Origin: Azolla caroliniana
Lineage: Eukaryota; Plantae; Polypodiophyta
Reading direction: 5' to 3'
NCBI GenBank assembly: GCA_043228905.1
Contig: JBHGNT010000003.1
Location: 20,770,001 to 20,834,000 of the forward strand
Length of the DNA stretch: 64,000 nucleotides
Part shown: positions 1 through 15,000 of the stretch, in pieces
How positions within the stretch are numbered: position 1 is the first letter of the stretch
Layout of the letters: each line of letters opens with the position of its first letter
Position numbers and translations under genes: made by a program
The notes under the pieces: generated by a model
Told to the model about the DNA's origin: nothing
The model's input: the letters and a program-made list of their open reading frames with translations, nothing else
Database searches by the model: none

Positions 1-3000
1 ACAAATTTAGCAACAACATCATATTTATCCATGGCAATAATCCACTTGCATAAACCTTCGGCAGCAGCAGATGCATTTGCTGCTCTTTCTGGGGTAAAAT
101 CAGCATTACTGATGTAGTGCTGTCGTATTTTTGCCATGACCTTTGTATCGATATTATCTTTATCAAAATCTTTTAAGTTTTGAAGGAAGTCTCGATTATT
201 CAGTAATGTGACTGAGGGTTTCCAGTAGTCTAGCATGAAACCACCTTTACCATCAGGTTGTTTTGCTGGCTTTACATCAAGAACAACACAGACTGCCTCC
301 ATTACTAGTTTTACTGCTGCAGGAGGGTTTGACAGCTTCTTTACGTAGTTAATATCATTTGCTGAAAGCGTATCTAGGGCTGCTAATGCTTCTTCAAGGA
401 CCGGCATAGCACTTGCTAGTGCAGCTTCACATTCATCTCTGATAACTTTTGCTTCAGCTGCCTGTTTAGATGCTTCTGCCTCATCTCGCTGTACAATGGC
501 CTTTTTGGGTTCGACTACCTCCTTCTTTTCCCTTTCTACTTTGATCATAAGTTTTTCTACTTCTTCAACCTAGACATTATATTTGATGAGAGGTTACTAA
601 TAATAATGAAATCCAATGCATGAGGTACACATTAGACAAACAATAAGCAAGAAGAGAATGTAAAACCTGGCATCACTTATGCATTGCACCACAGGTAAGA
701 AGCCTCAATGAGAGGTTAAAACCTCCCAAAATCTGATAGCAAGAAAATCCTATGCAGATCACAATATCTGTCTTATTCTTAGAAGAATGTTTAGAGAAGA
801 AAGCATGTATATGCTCATACGGATCTTTTGAGACATCTTTCTATTGATTTTCACCAGAATAATCACAACTATATTTGGTGTTTATTGTGGGCCACGCCTT
901 GTGCATAGAGGTGGAGGTATCTCCCCCATACTCAGAGTGGCTGCCTGATGCTCAACTCACACCCTGACACCCATGCACAAGAAGGTGAATTATGCCATCT
1001 CACGGGAAAAAAATGATGTTACTTTGGCATCCCATATATCTTCATAATCATAAAGAATAATACATAATATTTCCTTGACTCGTCTCCCATTAGAACGTAA
1101 GTAATAAATGCTCATTGAGAACCCAAGATATTAAATTTATTTGACACAAAACTGAAAGATCAAAGCAAGATACATCTATAAAATAGAATGTAAAAGCAAT
1201 GATAAAAAATAAGTTATATTTTCCTAGCATTGCAATTGTTTCCTCATCAGCATGTGAATTTTTTAAACTTTTTTGTTTAAGGCCTACCTTGTCCTCAGCA
1301 GCATGTGCATTAAGGCTTTTGTTTAAGATGGTAAAAGTAAAAGAAATCCACACCTTGGTTATATAAAAAGAACATAAAAAATGTCTTATGTTAAATTTCC
1401 TCACAACTCTTTATCTAGGATGCATAGTATACCGTAATGAGCAGTTTTGGTTTGAGCTCAGTCAGTTCTTGTTGCATCACAGCCACCTGCTCAGCACTAG
1501 AGCTTAGTTTTTCCAAGCCAACTTCATATCCCCGCTTTTGTTTGAGTTTTTCCTCTTGTTTAGCAATTAAAAGTGCCTGAAATCAAGTAGTGTCAGCAAG
1601 AAAACTTGGTATAATCTCTCACATACGAGATGCTCCTAAAGCATAACATATAGACAGTATAATATAACCTGAAAAGTCGATAAAAGCTCAAGATAAGAAG
1701 TTGGCGTCACATAATTGAACCGTCCCATCTTAACTTTCAGCTCATTGGAATAAAAATGCACTCTTTCATGAAAGGCCTGTAATAAAAAAGTAAAAACCAA
1801 AATTTAATAAAAAGTACTAGGAGAATCTACAATTATAGTAACTACTGATTCAATATTGAATCCATTCTGTCAAAGGTGTCACCACTTGATGATTGAGATA
1901 TTCTTTTACCTTGCATATGCGCACAATGCTCATTCTTATGCTGTCTTCCAAGGAAATCTCCTTCAAAAATTTGTACGCAACTGCCTCTAAAGCATCCTCT
2001 GGCCATTCCTGCAATTTCAATCGTATCTTTTACTGCAATGAGTTGATTTACACTTCAAACTAATTCAATAACAAATAGTACCTTGACAAAATGTTAGCCA
2101 TATGACTAGGGATTATAGATGAACCAGCAACTGTGTAGCATCATTTTAATTCAATGAATAAGTGGGATCATAATGGCATGCATATAAGATATTGGCCAGT
2201 CTCCCTTGCAAGATTCTTGAAACATTTTGATAATAGAATAAATAACCTCAGCCATGAAGTATGCAACGGCAGCTTATGATTAGTCCCACATTTAGGAACT
2301 CCAAATATTCATGATTGCTCATGCTAGTTGCCTAAACCTCAGTCCTAGACAAAATAACCAGACTCTTATTATTGGCTCTCAACATATGGGTAACATCCAT
2401 AGATAGAGGTATGCTGCCTTAGTGAGCCCTATAGTACTCAATAGAACTCAGATCCAATGGACCAAACCTAAATGCCATTTTCACCCAACACCAAAGGTGT
2501 TCCTTCACTTTGGAGATCTCTCCATCATTGATTGGTCCATGTCAGAGATATTTTAATGGCAAAATTTTCACTCCATCTAATCAGAGAATGTGGTCCATGT
2601 TGTATTTTTTTTGGTTTGTTCAGTTCATCTAGCTAACAAGATTTTGTGGTACCTTCGTTTAGTGGACAACATTTAAAGATGCAATCTCTCATTCAGTCTA
2701 ATATGCCATTTTGGCCTCTTAAAAGATGTTAGAAGAAAAGGACAAGATGGGAGCACCCCAGATAGCGCTGGAAAGGCCCACAAGGCACCCAAAATGCATG
2801 TTCCAATAGATGTTAAAGAGGTAAAAGATGATCTCTTATGAGGTGAATCGTATGAGAGATAATATAGAAAGAGCCTTGGACGTGGAATGAAAAAAGGAGG
2901 TAGAAAGAAACAAAGATATATTAACATCTTTTAAGAGGCCAAAATGGCCTATAAGACCAAATAAGAGATTACATCTTCAGTGTTTTCTCGTCTTTGAGAA

Positions 3001-6000
3001 CAAATCAAAATGAAAAATCTATGCCTCTATTAGGATGAAATTATTAGAAGCCACACAAAAAGAAATCACAAGTTAAAGAAGTCAAACATAGAACGAGGAT
3101 GACATGGTGAAATACCTAAAGGAAGAAATATCTTCAAATAGCAGTGGAAAAATGCATCTCCATAGTTAAAGACAATATAAATAAGGAAATGCAAACATGG
3201 ACAGAGATGGCCAAAGATGGCAAAGCTCAAGATGAGCATGCTCAAAACCTTACCGCAAGTAAATACTCCCATATATAGAGGTTTGAATTCACCCATATTT
3301 TGAATCATGAAGTGTCTCATAGGGTGATTTACCCTCTATTATATGCTAATATATCTTTCTTTCTGATGTAAAAATGGAATGTTATATACTAGCAGGAATG
3401 TATGGTACATTAGACCATTTTAACCAATTTACACGTGTTGTGCATTAGACCATTTTAACTCATTTACATATATTTGTTTCGGTTTGTTGTTTTCCATGAT
3501 GAGACAACTATTTACAATGCAATCTCTCATTCGGTCTCATAGGACAACTTGGCCACATAAGGAAGTTAGTATATCCTTCATTCTCTCTTTGTTAATATAT
3601 CTTTCTTTCTTTCTTTCTTTGTTTGTTTGTTAAAAGAATTTTAAGTGCTTATCTAACAAGACTATGGTATCATATATTTAATTATATTAATGTTGGTTTG
3701 TTTCCTCAAAGACCAGACAACATTTTAAGATTTAATCTCTCATTCGGTCTCATAGGCTAATTTCTCCTCTTATACAAAATTACTATATCTTTTTTTTTCT
3801 TTCTTCAGCTAATCCATGATTCTGGTTATCAATTCACAATATACCCTGTGATATCAGAATAGTTTTGTACATCTAACCGCTTATTGGTAACTAGTATGTC
3901 ATGGAGCTCATAGAGAGATACATATATAAAGCATAGTACATCAAAGGCAAGATATGCTTTACTAAAGAAGTAAAGTTGAAAAAGACAAAATATAGAAAAT
4001 CTACTACCAATAAAATGTGTTCTCTTTACCTGAAACCAATCAATGGTTGTACAATTCACTAGAGATGGAAACTGACGTATTCTGTCTTTAAAAGCTTGTC
4101 CAACTGGACTCATACAAAAAATAATATGAAGATTCTCTTTACATCGATTTACAAAATATCTCCAGCAGTCTACTGGTGTATGCAGCTCTATCCCATTTCT
4201 TTTAGCCTTATCTCTAACTGCTTCCTGAATAGTTGCCCGCTCATCACCAGGAAATATGTTTGGAACCTGCGAAAGATGGAAATATATGATGGCTATTTGC
4301 ATCTACAAAGACACATTTGCATCAATATGTCTGTGGAGTGGAAAGAAAAGAAGAAATCCACAATATTGCATTCCTCAATTATGCAAGCTTATATAACCGA
4401 TGCATGCATTTTACTGGTGAAGTAAAAGATAATTGAACAACAAAAATTATGTTTCATGGATGCCCCTCCCTTATTTTGGAGTAGGAATCAATAATTAATG
4501 CTGTCACATGAATTAATTTCTAGCTATTAACCTCCATCCCAAATAAGTATACATGCATTAGGTGTAGAAATTAGCCATACTTCTGTCCGAGAAGGAATGA
4601 AAATTAGGTATTGATCAACCAATGAAGATGGAGAACAAACCGCACTTATATGGTATATTACCTCTCCAGAGTTTAGAAGGTTATTGATATCTTCAACAAA
4701 ACCTTCATCCTTGATTTGTGTATCACTGAAAAGAAAAATATTTGGTATTCCTGGATCTGCACCTGCCTTCTTTAGCATACCTTTCAAATCTTCTCTCCAT
4801 TCAACCATGGTGTAACTTCGGCTAATTTCAATCTACATAACAATGAGCACAGTAGAAATAAAAGATCTCATAGAAGAGGATAAATTGCAACAGTAGCATG
4901 TATCATTTGGCACTACCACCATTTTAATTATATTTATGTTGAGCTCCTGAATGATACATCTCTTCAAAGGAGATACCCTTATTTGATGCATTTTTCTATT
5001 TCTGAATTGTAAAGAAATTGTAAGTCTTCAAGTTTGATCACATAAAAGCGTACCTGGAAAACCTGCATAGCTGAGACACTGGCTCCGAGTCGGGTCAGGC
5101 TCTGTCGGCCACTTCCACCAACCCCAACTAACAGCATATGGCCACCAGGTTGTTTTAAAACTCTGCATATTCTGGAAACATGCTCAACGGCAAAAAGAAA
5201 AATTGCCAGGTTCATTGGTCTCTTGCTGACTCCATTGTAATCTCTAAGATAATTTTCCATTAGGACAAGAAGATTTGGAACATCCAGAATTTCATCATAT
5301 GTGCGAGATTCAATGTCTTCATTTGTATAATCACCAAAGAAACACCTATTATGGGAGGGATATTTAAATTATATCATTAACGGAATACCATAAAAGTTTA
5401 ATCTAAATAATGAAAAATTCTGTTTGGATAATTTTCTTATGTTATAGCTTGCAACAAAGTGCATTACCAAATTAGATAAAAACATATACCTTCTCATTTC
5501 CGTCTGTCCAATAATACCGGATGAATCAGATAACAAGTGTGAAAATAGCTTCTCAAAATCTTGGCGAAAATGGGTTTTGATAAGTTGCCCAACAAATCCC
5601 AACAACCAATTCCGATCTTCATCATCAACAAGGCGATCATAAAAGACTCTCAGTACTTCATGAGTCCATAATCTAATAAACTGTCTTGGGCCCTCAGGAC
5701 CTAGAGGTACTGTTGAAGATTGTTGAAGCATCATGCCCTATTAACATAGATTTCACACATGAGTGATTTTGAAACTAATTATATCATCTGCACTGATGGA
5801 TACTCATAACAATGAGTATCAGACGAAATAAGTATTTTTTTCTTCTGGGGACACGCTGTGATCCACAAGAAAACCAAATGTCATATGTAGAGATGCAGTC
5901 AAAATGACGAAAAAACTTTTTAAAATTGTTTCTAAAGAAGAGTGCATCTACCTATCGAACACGGCCAGTGAAAAGCTCAGGTGTGGTATATCAGCAAACT

Positions 6001-9000
6001 ACATAGAGGAGATTACAACACATCAATTTGTGAAGGTACGATGACAGCATCTTAGGTCGGGACTCTTCAATACTTCCATCTGTCTCTTGAAATTGAACAT
6101 TCCACCACAATACTTCTTCCAAATTTGTGATTCTGTTCTTTTTCTCTTATCTATCCCATGAGACCAGACCCTCTTAACACATTAATCTGACCTAATAAAT
6201 TCTCCAAAAAGTAATCCCCTTAAATCACTCTTTTCTATGAAATCTTGTAAAAATTGGAAAATTAGAAAGGAAACTACCTTAAGGAACCACACACTATCAT
6301 CACCTCCAGAGCTACTTTGCAAAATACGTTGCTAATGGAACTAATATATTGAATCTTGATTACTAGTGCAATTTTGATGACCTAGCAACTAGGTTGGTTT
6401 TGAAAGAAATTTAAGAGGTCAAGGACGACTAATTAGATAAGACGTTTAGCAGCAATATGTGTTTGTTATTACTTTATACAGTTCACTTGCATGCCAAAAA
6501 AATTAGCAAATAAGAAACTAACTTGGATAACTTTTGCAAAGTCTCTAAGATTGAATGTGTAATGACATTTATTTGGTGTTGGAAGAAGATGATTTGCTGC
6601 TTCATTAAATATATCCATTGTTGCAGCAATGACACGTGGTATAAGAATTGAAACATCACGTGGAAACACAGATTTGATACATAGATGCCAGTTTAATATG
6701 GTGGAAAATATTTGGGACAGTGAATCTTCACTAACCTGGAAAGAAAAAGTTCAATTCATTAATCATATAATGTACTCGTATTGGTTAAAACCAGGTCCTA
6801 AGAAAATAGCCATTATTCTTTTTAAATGTGGTTTATATTAACTGTGATAAAGTTCAGCCAGATTTCTGTGTAGGATTGGCAGGATACGCATGTATACTGA
6901 TTAATGAATGCACACAATTACTCAGGAACTTTGATATTACATAGAATACGATATAGAGCATAAAACTAAATAAACAAGAAGAATATGAAGTCTTTTTTCA
7001 TCCCCTTGGATGAAGACAATCCACGGTAAATATGAGCATGCATGATATATTTACTTGTGATATCGCAATAGTATTGAAATGTCGCAAGTATCTTTGGGTG
7101 ACATAGTTTCTTCCACCACCTGGCGGCCCCATTGCAGATACAAATTGAACATCAATTATCTCCCTAAATATGTTGTCCCTCCCATACCAGCCACCATGAT
7201 CCATATACTGCCGAAGCAGCTCTATAGGAGGTTGGGCTCCATAAACTTCCGGCTGCCAAAAGATAAAATAGTTAGTGGGGAGACATTTTAAGATGCTTTT
7301 GGACAAAATTATGACGAAAGATACATATAATATACCTGAGGCATGTTTAAATCATCCACGAATATGATAAGGCGTTTTCCCAAAGGTGGTCCATAAACTC
7401 CTCTTTTCCTCCTATCCAGTTGCCCATCAATTTGGTTCTGGGTCATGTTGGCTGAGGTGCGTGCTGAAAAGCATACTAAAACAGACACATATGTTTCCTT
7501 TGAAAGTCTATTAATAAGATGCTCATTAATGTATATAGTTTTGCCTGTGCCTGTGGGACCCACAAAAAGCATCGGAATTTCTGCAACGATACACTGATTC
7601 AAAATGTATGTGTACCGTAGTGTATCCTTTGTGGGTATTATTATTTCATTGAAATTGGCAGACTCAGGGATTTCAACTGGAACTATCAGATCTGTCCATA
7701 GCATCCATTTTGATAAACCTTTGTCAAAAACATAATCATAGAGTGTTGCCCCATCATCCGTTGGCATCAAGTCCACAAACAAACTCTCCGACTCACAAAG
7801 GATGTATATTTCATAACCCTCCGGTGTATGACCAGTAGCCAATTGTCTGAAGAATTCTTCAAAATGTTTACGGCCATCATCATCTCCCGTGCACCCAATA
7901 GACCATATCAGGGAAAACACAAATATTGAATCAATCCATATTTTCTTTTTATCCTTTCCCATTGTTTTAGATAACTCTTCATTTCTGAACTCGTCAATCA
8001 AAGAATAGAAAATTCGCATTAGTCCGACCACAAGATTTGCATCAGTTGTCTGTGAGACCTCTTTTACATTTTTATGAATAAATTTGAGACAGGGAGAAAC
8101 AAGCCACTCAAACAAGCCTTTCAAATGAACTTTCATTTGACCATCAATGCTTATAGGAAGTGTTCCTAACCATGATAGCATAAGTGGATGCCATCCCAAT
8201 TGATGAGGTTCCAAGTATACCATCCCACACCGACTAACAGTAGCTGGTGATGCTACTGCAAGGTCGCCAACCTGAAACAAACATGCTTCAATATTTCCAC
8301 CAGAATGTTGATGCATCTAGAAAATCATTAACCAAGCTACCATAAACTCACCTCAAAAATCATGTTCATTGATGATGACATTTGAATAATTTCGCTGTTC
8401 GGAAGACACAGTTTTTTGTTGTCATCCAGAACCGTATTCATATTCTCAATCCAAATTGCATCGACTGGACCGTCCAATACTAGCCATTTACGATCATTTG
8501 AAGGATCAGACGCCTGTTCTCTGAACCTTACCGCAAGAACACCATCCATCCATTCTTGAGTAACAGGATCTGCTTGCCCATATAGCTGTCCCATTGTGAC
8601 GGATTTTGGGTTTACTACAGCTACCTAAATAATAGTACATTAGCATCATAAAAATTGTGAATGGATAATTTACAAGGTTGCATTCATTTCCCTGGTAATC
8701 TATTCAGATTAAAATTAGATTATTTTTCTTATCTCAGACAGCAGTTTGCATTAGCATTTTCATATCTGGCTCAGGTGACCTCTTCCTATTGTTTACCATG
8801 AATTCTACCTTTAAATTTGACACCCAACCATCAGCAAACACAATGTTCAGATTTATACCAGTTGTTCATCCATAAATGACAGCGCTACTCCTGACTTCGT
8901 ATCACAGAGCCCAATCTTTTTATCACAATCAAGGATATACAGTTATGGCGTACTTATAAACAGACTTTGTATCATGTCCCTCACTAACCCCCTCTACCAC

Positions 9001-12000
9001 AGACATCTGAGGATGCAATTTCCATAGCCGCAAAAGTGACAACAAATCACACTCAACCATCATCTCTACTCTTCAACACTTTTCTTACCACTACACGTCA
9101 AACATTGACATTAATGCTTTTGGTTAATCTCCTTTTTGGTATGGCATTAGTCTGAATCTTCTCGTTATTGTTTACCTAATCTATGCTTCTTCAGAAATAT
9201 ACAAAAAAATCATTTGAAGTACTGACAAAGTAAGAAAGGGCAAGAAATGTTTCAAACCATCGTGATACACATAAAGGACAGATTGCTATGTGGAGTTTAC
9301 AAGACACCGTATTCATTTCATCATAATTCCTGGAACACAGAAATAAACAGATTCCACTCAGTGCAGATATTATTTCAGAAGACTGTTACCTGAACCTTTC
9401 TTTCATCATTCAAACCCAAGTCTGCCAAGTCTGAAAGTGCTCGTTGAAGAACCCGAATAGCAGAGGTTTTGCCAGAAAATGGCTGTCCGACTAACATGAG
9501 ACCATGACGCACAATTATCATTTCATAAAGTTGGATTATTTTTGTCACAAAATAAGGTGTTGCTTGCAAATTAAGCTGCTGACAATTATCCTCAATAGTT
9601 TTATTTAGATTCGTATAATCAGGCTTTGGAAGCACTACTCCAGGAAACAAATCAGAGACAATTCCATTAAACAATGGCACATCTTGAGACAAAAATTTGC
9701 AAAGATTTACATCAATGATTGATCGTAGCATTAGAATATGTTCATCCTGCTCAGGATAACGTTGTTTTAAATTTGAAGCTGCTCTAAGTACAGCCATCAC
9801 TGCTCTCATTCCATAATCATAATGATCTTGACTGGAGAGCTGTTCACTGCAGAGTTGATAGGTTGCTACAATCTTTCTGGCACAATCTCGGGCCTGAAAA
9901 CGTAAAATACTATGTTATAAATATTTTTATAAAAAAACCACCTTTCCTCTTCATGTTGCAATATAATTTATGTGTGCTTGACATGTCCATTATGTCATTT
10001 TTCTTATGCTGCAGAGTTATAATATATCTAACTTGAGAATCTCATATGTGCCGAAAACCAGATTCCCTCGTCTCTTTTTATCAATTTTACTTTTATATTT
10101 ACTGAGTAATATTTATTTTATTTTGATTTGTTGTTCCCAAAGACGAGACAACACCTAAGATGCAATCTCTTGTTCGGTCTTATAGGCCATTTTGGCCTCT
10201 TAAAAGACGTTAATATATCTTTCTTACACTATCTCTTATAGACCTATTGCTTTGCAGCAAATCATGCATATCTATGGTTTATGATGAAAGATGGATGCAT
10301 GCTAAGAACAAGACTGGACATGGTAAATACCAATTTACTTGGGAGATAATACTACACAATGTTGCACAAGGTTTGTCTAGGTCATTACATTATGCCACAA
10401 ATGCCTTTCTTCACACCATACACCCCGGGTACCATTGCTAGCTCTCCCTGTTTGTTGACAAGAAAAGGGTTTTGTAACATTAGCATCTATGTACTTCAAT
10501 GCACCCCTATATGAAAGAGTTGGCATGATCAGAAAAGTCATAATAAAAGAAGAAGCTTGGAATGAGAAATCGTCTAGGAGATCTGTACACACCTCATAAA
10601 CAAGCAAGAGCAACCTTCCAGCACCTCACAAAGAAGAAAGAGAGATCTTATTCGGCTAGATTTGAATCACAGTTCCGATGCAACTACTAACGCCAGAACA
10701 GCAAGTTGTGCTATTACTTCTAGATTCATATCTTCTACCTCTAAAACTTATTTTTAAATAAGAAACATTCTTCCTTTTTTTAATCAACCCTTTCTAGGTT
10801 ATGAAGGAACCAATCAAATAGATGTAGTAGTTGTTCCTATGAGAAGAAAATAAAGTCATTTTGTATGGATAAAGATTTATCAGTCAGTCTTGATAAAACT
10901 ATAGTGATGGTGTTTAATACTGCTGAAGCATGGATCACAATGTTAGAATCAGAATTCTTATTGGGAGAGGTAAAGGTTGCAAACACATGATCCTACGCAT
11001 ATTTATAGTAGTATTTTCAAGGCCCGAGTTCCCCCAATGGAAGGCTTCCAGTGCTCAACTTTCTCATTGACATGCAGCTATTGATGCCCTTGAAAGAAAA
11101 TTTGCAAATATACAGCTCCAAGAACCACGGAGGTCTGATACACTCACTGGTAATGGCAGCTCTTCCTTAGGAGTAGAAATTTGGGACCTGAGCCTTCATT
11201 GGGCACATAAATGGATAGACTTGGAGACACCTTTAGCCTTGATGATTGCCGGGATGATAAGGAGCAAACCATCAGTGCCTTATGGTATAATCCAGGCAAG
11301 GATGGGAACAGCCAAAAATGACCTGGGCATTATTCCAATCAGTAACTGCTACCCAACAGATGTGGAACCTCCCTAAGAATGATTCAAACCATCAATAACA
11401 ATGGTTTGAATCACATGGCATAAGCATAAAATCACTACCCCCATTCCAATATAGCTTGGATTGTCCCCATCTAAACATGAAGAATACAGAATAGAGTGAT
11501 CCAAACTGATTTATCATATTGGATAATAGAAGAACATGGATACAATCCAACTTCATCTCTTGGTAGGAAGATGGCCCACTATAAGGAACACTTCTTGCAC
11601 ATGTTATATGGATTACATCTATCGCATGCACTGCACAATGTGACAGTGAGGCTACAGATATCTTAACATCAGTTAAAGATTGAGGTGGGCAGATATGCAC
11701 ACACACCTTTGGAAGAAAGAAGTTGCCAATTGCCTCATCAAGAAGTGGAATCTAAAAAACATTGTCTTTACCACTTTACTGTTTTTTATGAAATAGGACG
11801 GAGATACCATTGTCTCTTTAACCAAGATTTTGGCCCATTACACAAGGTTTTAGAATATGAGGACCAATGGTGCTTGAGGTTGAAGAGGTACAAGGAGAAG
11901 TTGATGATGACAACAATACAAGCATACAAGCACACAGCCTCATCAATAAGGCCTTATCACAACTTTGTTTAGCCCCATTACTCCCCATGCTACAAGTCAA

Positions 12001-15000
12001 TCAAGGGGTATACATGTGGGCTCCTGACCAGGACACTGCAAAGGGGTTATAATAGGTCAGGCAACAGCAATTTGTCAAGCATGTAGACCCTGGCCTTGTG
12101 GACCACCCTTTTCATCGTCAGATAAAGGCTATTATCTCCTGCCATCACAGGTACTTCCCTTGCTTCTGAAATCTCTTCATTCTCTATCAACCCATTTTGG
12201 ATCTTTCAAAGATAGAAATTACACTTTATCTGACTTGGGATGACTCTTATAGGCACTGATAACAGGATTCTATCGTCACTTTTATTTTTATTTACTTGTT
12301 CTCAAAGAGGAAACAACATTTTAAGTTGTTATCTCTTGTTTGATCTTGTAGGACATTTTAGCCTCTTAAAAGAACAAACAAGGGATTATTTCATGATTTA
12401 ATGCCATTAAGGACTATGCAAGTGGAGTCTCAAACAGGAGACTTGAATGGGGTTACAATAGATCAGGAAACAGAAATGCATCATGCACATAGATCATGAC
12501 AATCTAGACTATGAACTTGTCACTCTCCCCATGTTGGAGATTTTTCAAAGGCAGACGTTTGAGTCCATCTATGTTCAGAATTTTAAGTGCTTAGACAATA
12601 TAATCTTTAGTATGGAACATTTAGTTCTTTTTCTTTTGGATTGTTGTCCTTTAAGACTAGACAATATTTTAAGATGTAATATATTGTTTGGACTTAAGAG
12701 TCCACTTTGGCCTCTTATGAGATGTTAGTATAACGTAAGATCTTTCGAAGACAAAAGCTATAATATATCTAGCTTGAGAATCTCAAATGTGCCGAAAACC
12801 AGATTCTTTCGTCTTTTTTTGTCTTATTTACTGAGTAATATTTATTTCATTTTGATTTGTTGTTCTCAAAGACGAGAAAACACTTAAGATGCAATCTCTT
12901 GTTTGTTCTTATAGGCCATTTTGGCCTCTTACAAGAAGTTAATATATCTTTCTTTCTTTCTTACAAGAAGTTAATATATTTTGGTTAGTTGGTATGATAA
13001 GGAATGTCGTGATACAAGGAGATGCTTGCAGCGTGATGTAACTTGGGGCATTTACACACACAACCACAGAAGAGCAACCTTACAACGCCTCTTAAGGAAG
13101 AAAAAGAGATTGTATTTGGCTAAATTTGAAGATCATTTGTATCGCTTGCTTCTAGGACAAGAGAGTAAAAGAGCATGGAAAATGTTTAATGAGAGGCAAC
13201 CCACCACACAACTAACCTCACCTTCAAATGCAAAGGTTCTATATGATATCCCGAGACAACCTCCTCTTCCCCATCCGAATGCCTCACGCCCACATGAATT
13301 AACCTTCTTTACACCACAAAATGTAAGAAATGCCATTGATCGGCTACAATTTGGGAAGGCCCAAGATCATGATGGATTGGTGGGTGAGCACTTTATCTAT
13401 GGCCGTGACACCTTGCTCCCATTGCTAGCACACATCTTTAATAGAGCCATGTGTGAAGGTTTCCCTACTAGATGGACTCAGCATACCATTGTGCCAATCC
13501 TCAAGAGTGGAGACCCCATGCTGCCAAGCAACTATAGGACAATCATGATTGTCCATTACTTGGCTAAACTATATGGGTCGATTCTAGAATCAGAATTAAG
13601 TATATGGGCAGAGCAGAATGGCTGCCGTTCAGTTGGACAAGAAGGCTTTCGGAAGGGGTTCACAACTTTGGATCACATATTCACCCTCCGGGCCCTTATT
13701 GAGGAGGGTGGAGCCCACAATAAGAGGATTTATTGCTGCTTTGTGGATTTCCGAAAAGCCTATGACACTGTGCCACGTGCTCGGCTTATGCAGCGGCTAG
13801 AAGCCCTTGGTGTTCCTACATATTGCAATAGGGAACCTATGCACTCTATGAATCCGTGTCCAGAGAAGTGCGGTCTTCCAAGGGCTTGTCAAAGGTGGTG
13901 GCTAGCGCAATTGGAATGAAGCAAGGATGCCCACTATCCCCCACTCTCTTCGGTCTCTATATAGATGAGGTATCACATTACATAGAGAGATTTGGGGTTT
14001 CTGGAGCACGCCTAGCAGGTATACCTATAGAAATATTACTATATGCTGATGATATTGTGCTGATTTCTGACTCTCCGGAGGGACTATTAGATGCCTAAAA
14101 ACTATTTTGTACGGACAAAGGTTTGTCAATCAACATGGACAAAACTAAAGTGATGGTGTTTAGCACCACTCAAGCATGGGTAACAAGATCAGAACCAGAA
14201 TTCTTCTTGGGAGAGGAAAAGGTGGAATACACATGCTCCTACACATACCTAGGAGTAACATTTTCAGGACCTAGGTTCCCCTTACAGGAGCCTGCTTGTG
14301 CCCGACTTTCTCGTGGATATGCAGCCCTTGGTGCCCTCGAGAGATAATGTGCACATTTGCAGTTCCAAGAGCACGGACAAAGCTATGGTTATTTGATACA
14401 CTTGTCACACCAACTCTTCTCTACGGAGTAGAAACATGGGGACCGAGTCTTAACAAGGCAAATCATTGGAAAGATTTAGAGAGACCTTTAGTGTCAATGA
14501 TTGCTCGCATGATAAGGAGTAAAGCATCGGTGCCCTACGATATAATCCGGGCAAAGATAGGAGCAGCACCTATAATAACCGAGGCATTGTTCCGATTAGT
14601 GACATTTATCCAACATCTTTGGGAGCTCCCTAAACGAAGGTACCCAAGGTTGGCACTTATGTCATCAAGACAACTGGCTGAAAATGGAGACACTCATTGT
14701 TGGTATGCTGAAATGCAGCAATGGTTCGAGTAACATGGCATGAGTATAAATGCACTACCCCCGTTCCAATATAGCTTGGACTGTCCCCATCTCAATATGA
14801 CCAAAGTGGAAAAGAACAGAATGATCCGAACTAATATTATTAACTTGAAAACAAGATAACATGGATCAGCCCCAAAATACCACTTGGTACAAAGATGGCC
14901 CACTATAAGACACACTTCTTACATACATCGGAGGATGGATTCGTCATCAGGCCACCTTATATGGACATACATCTATCCTATGTGCTGCATAGTGTGATAG

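Noticed and set aside
1090-1404. 104-aa ORF as an extra dynein exon or nested gene
   Set aside because: The flanking exons join in frame without it, and it has no recognisable motif
10035-10225. Hammerhead ribozyme or U2 snRNA-derived sequence in the LINE 3' UTR
   Set aside because: No CUGANGA/GAAA core in the right geometry; resemblance to U2 is limited to a GGCC..TTTTGGC hairpin
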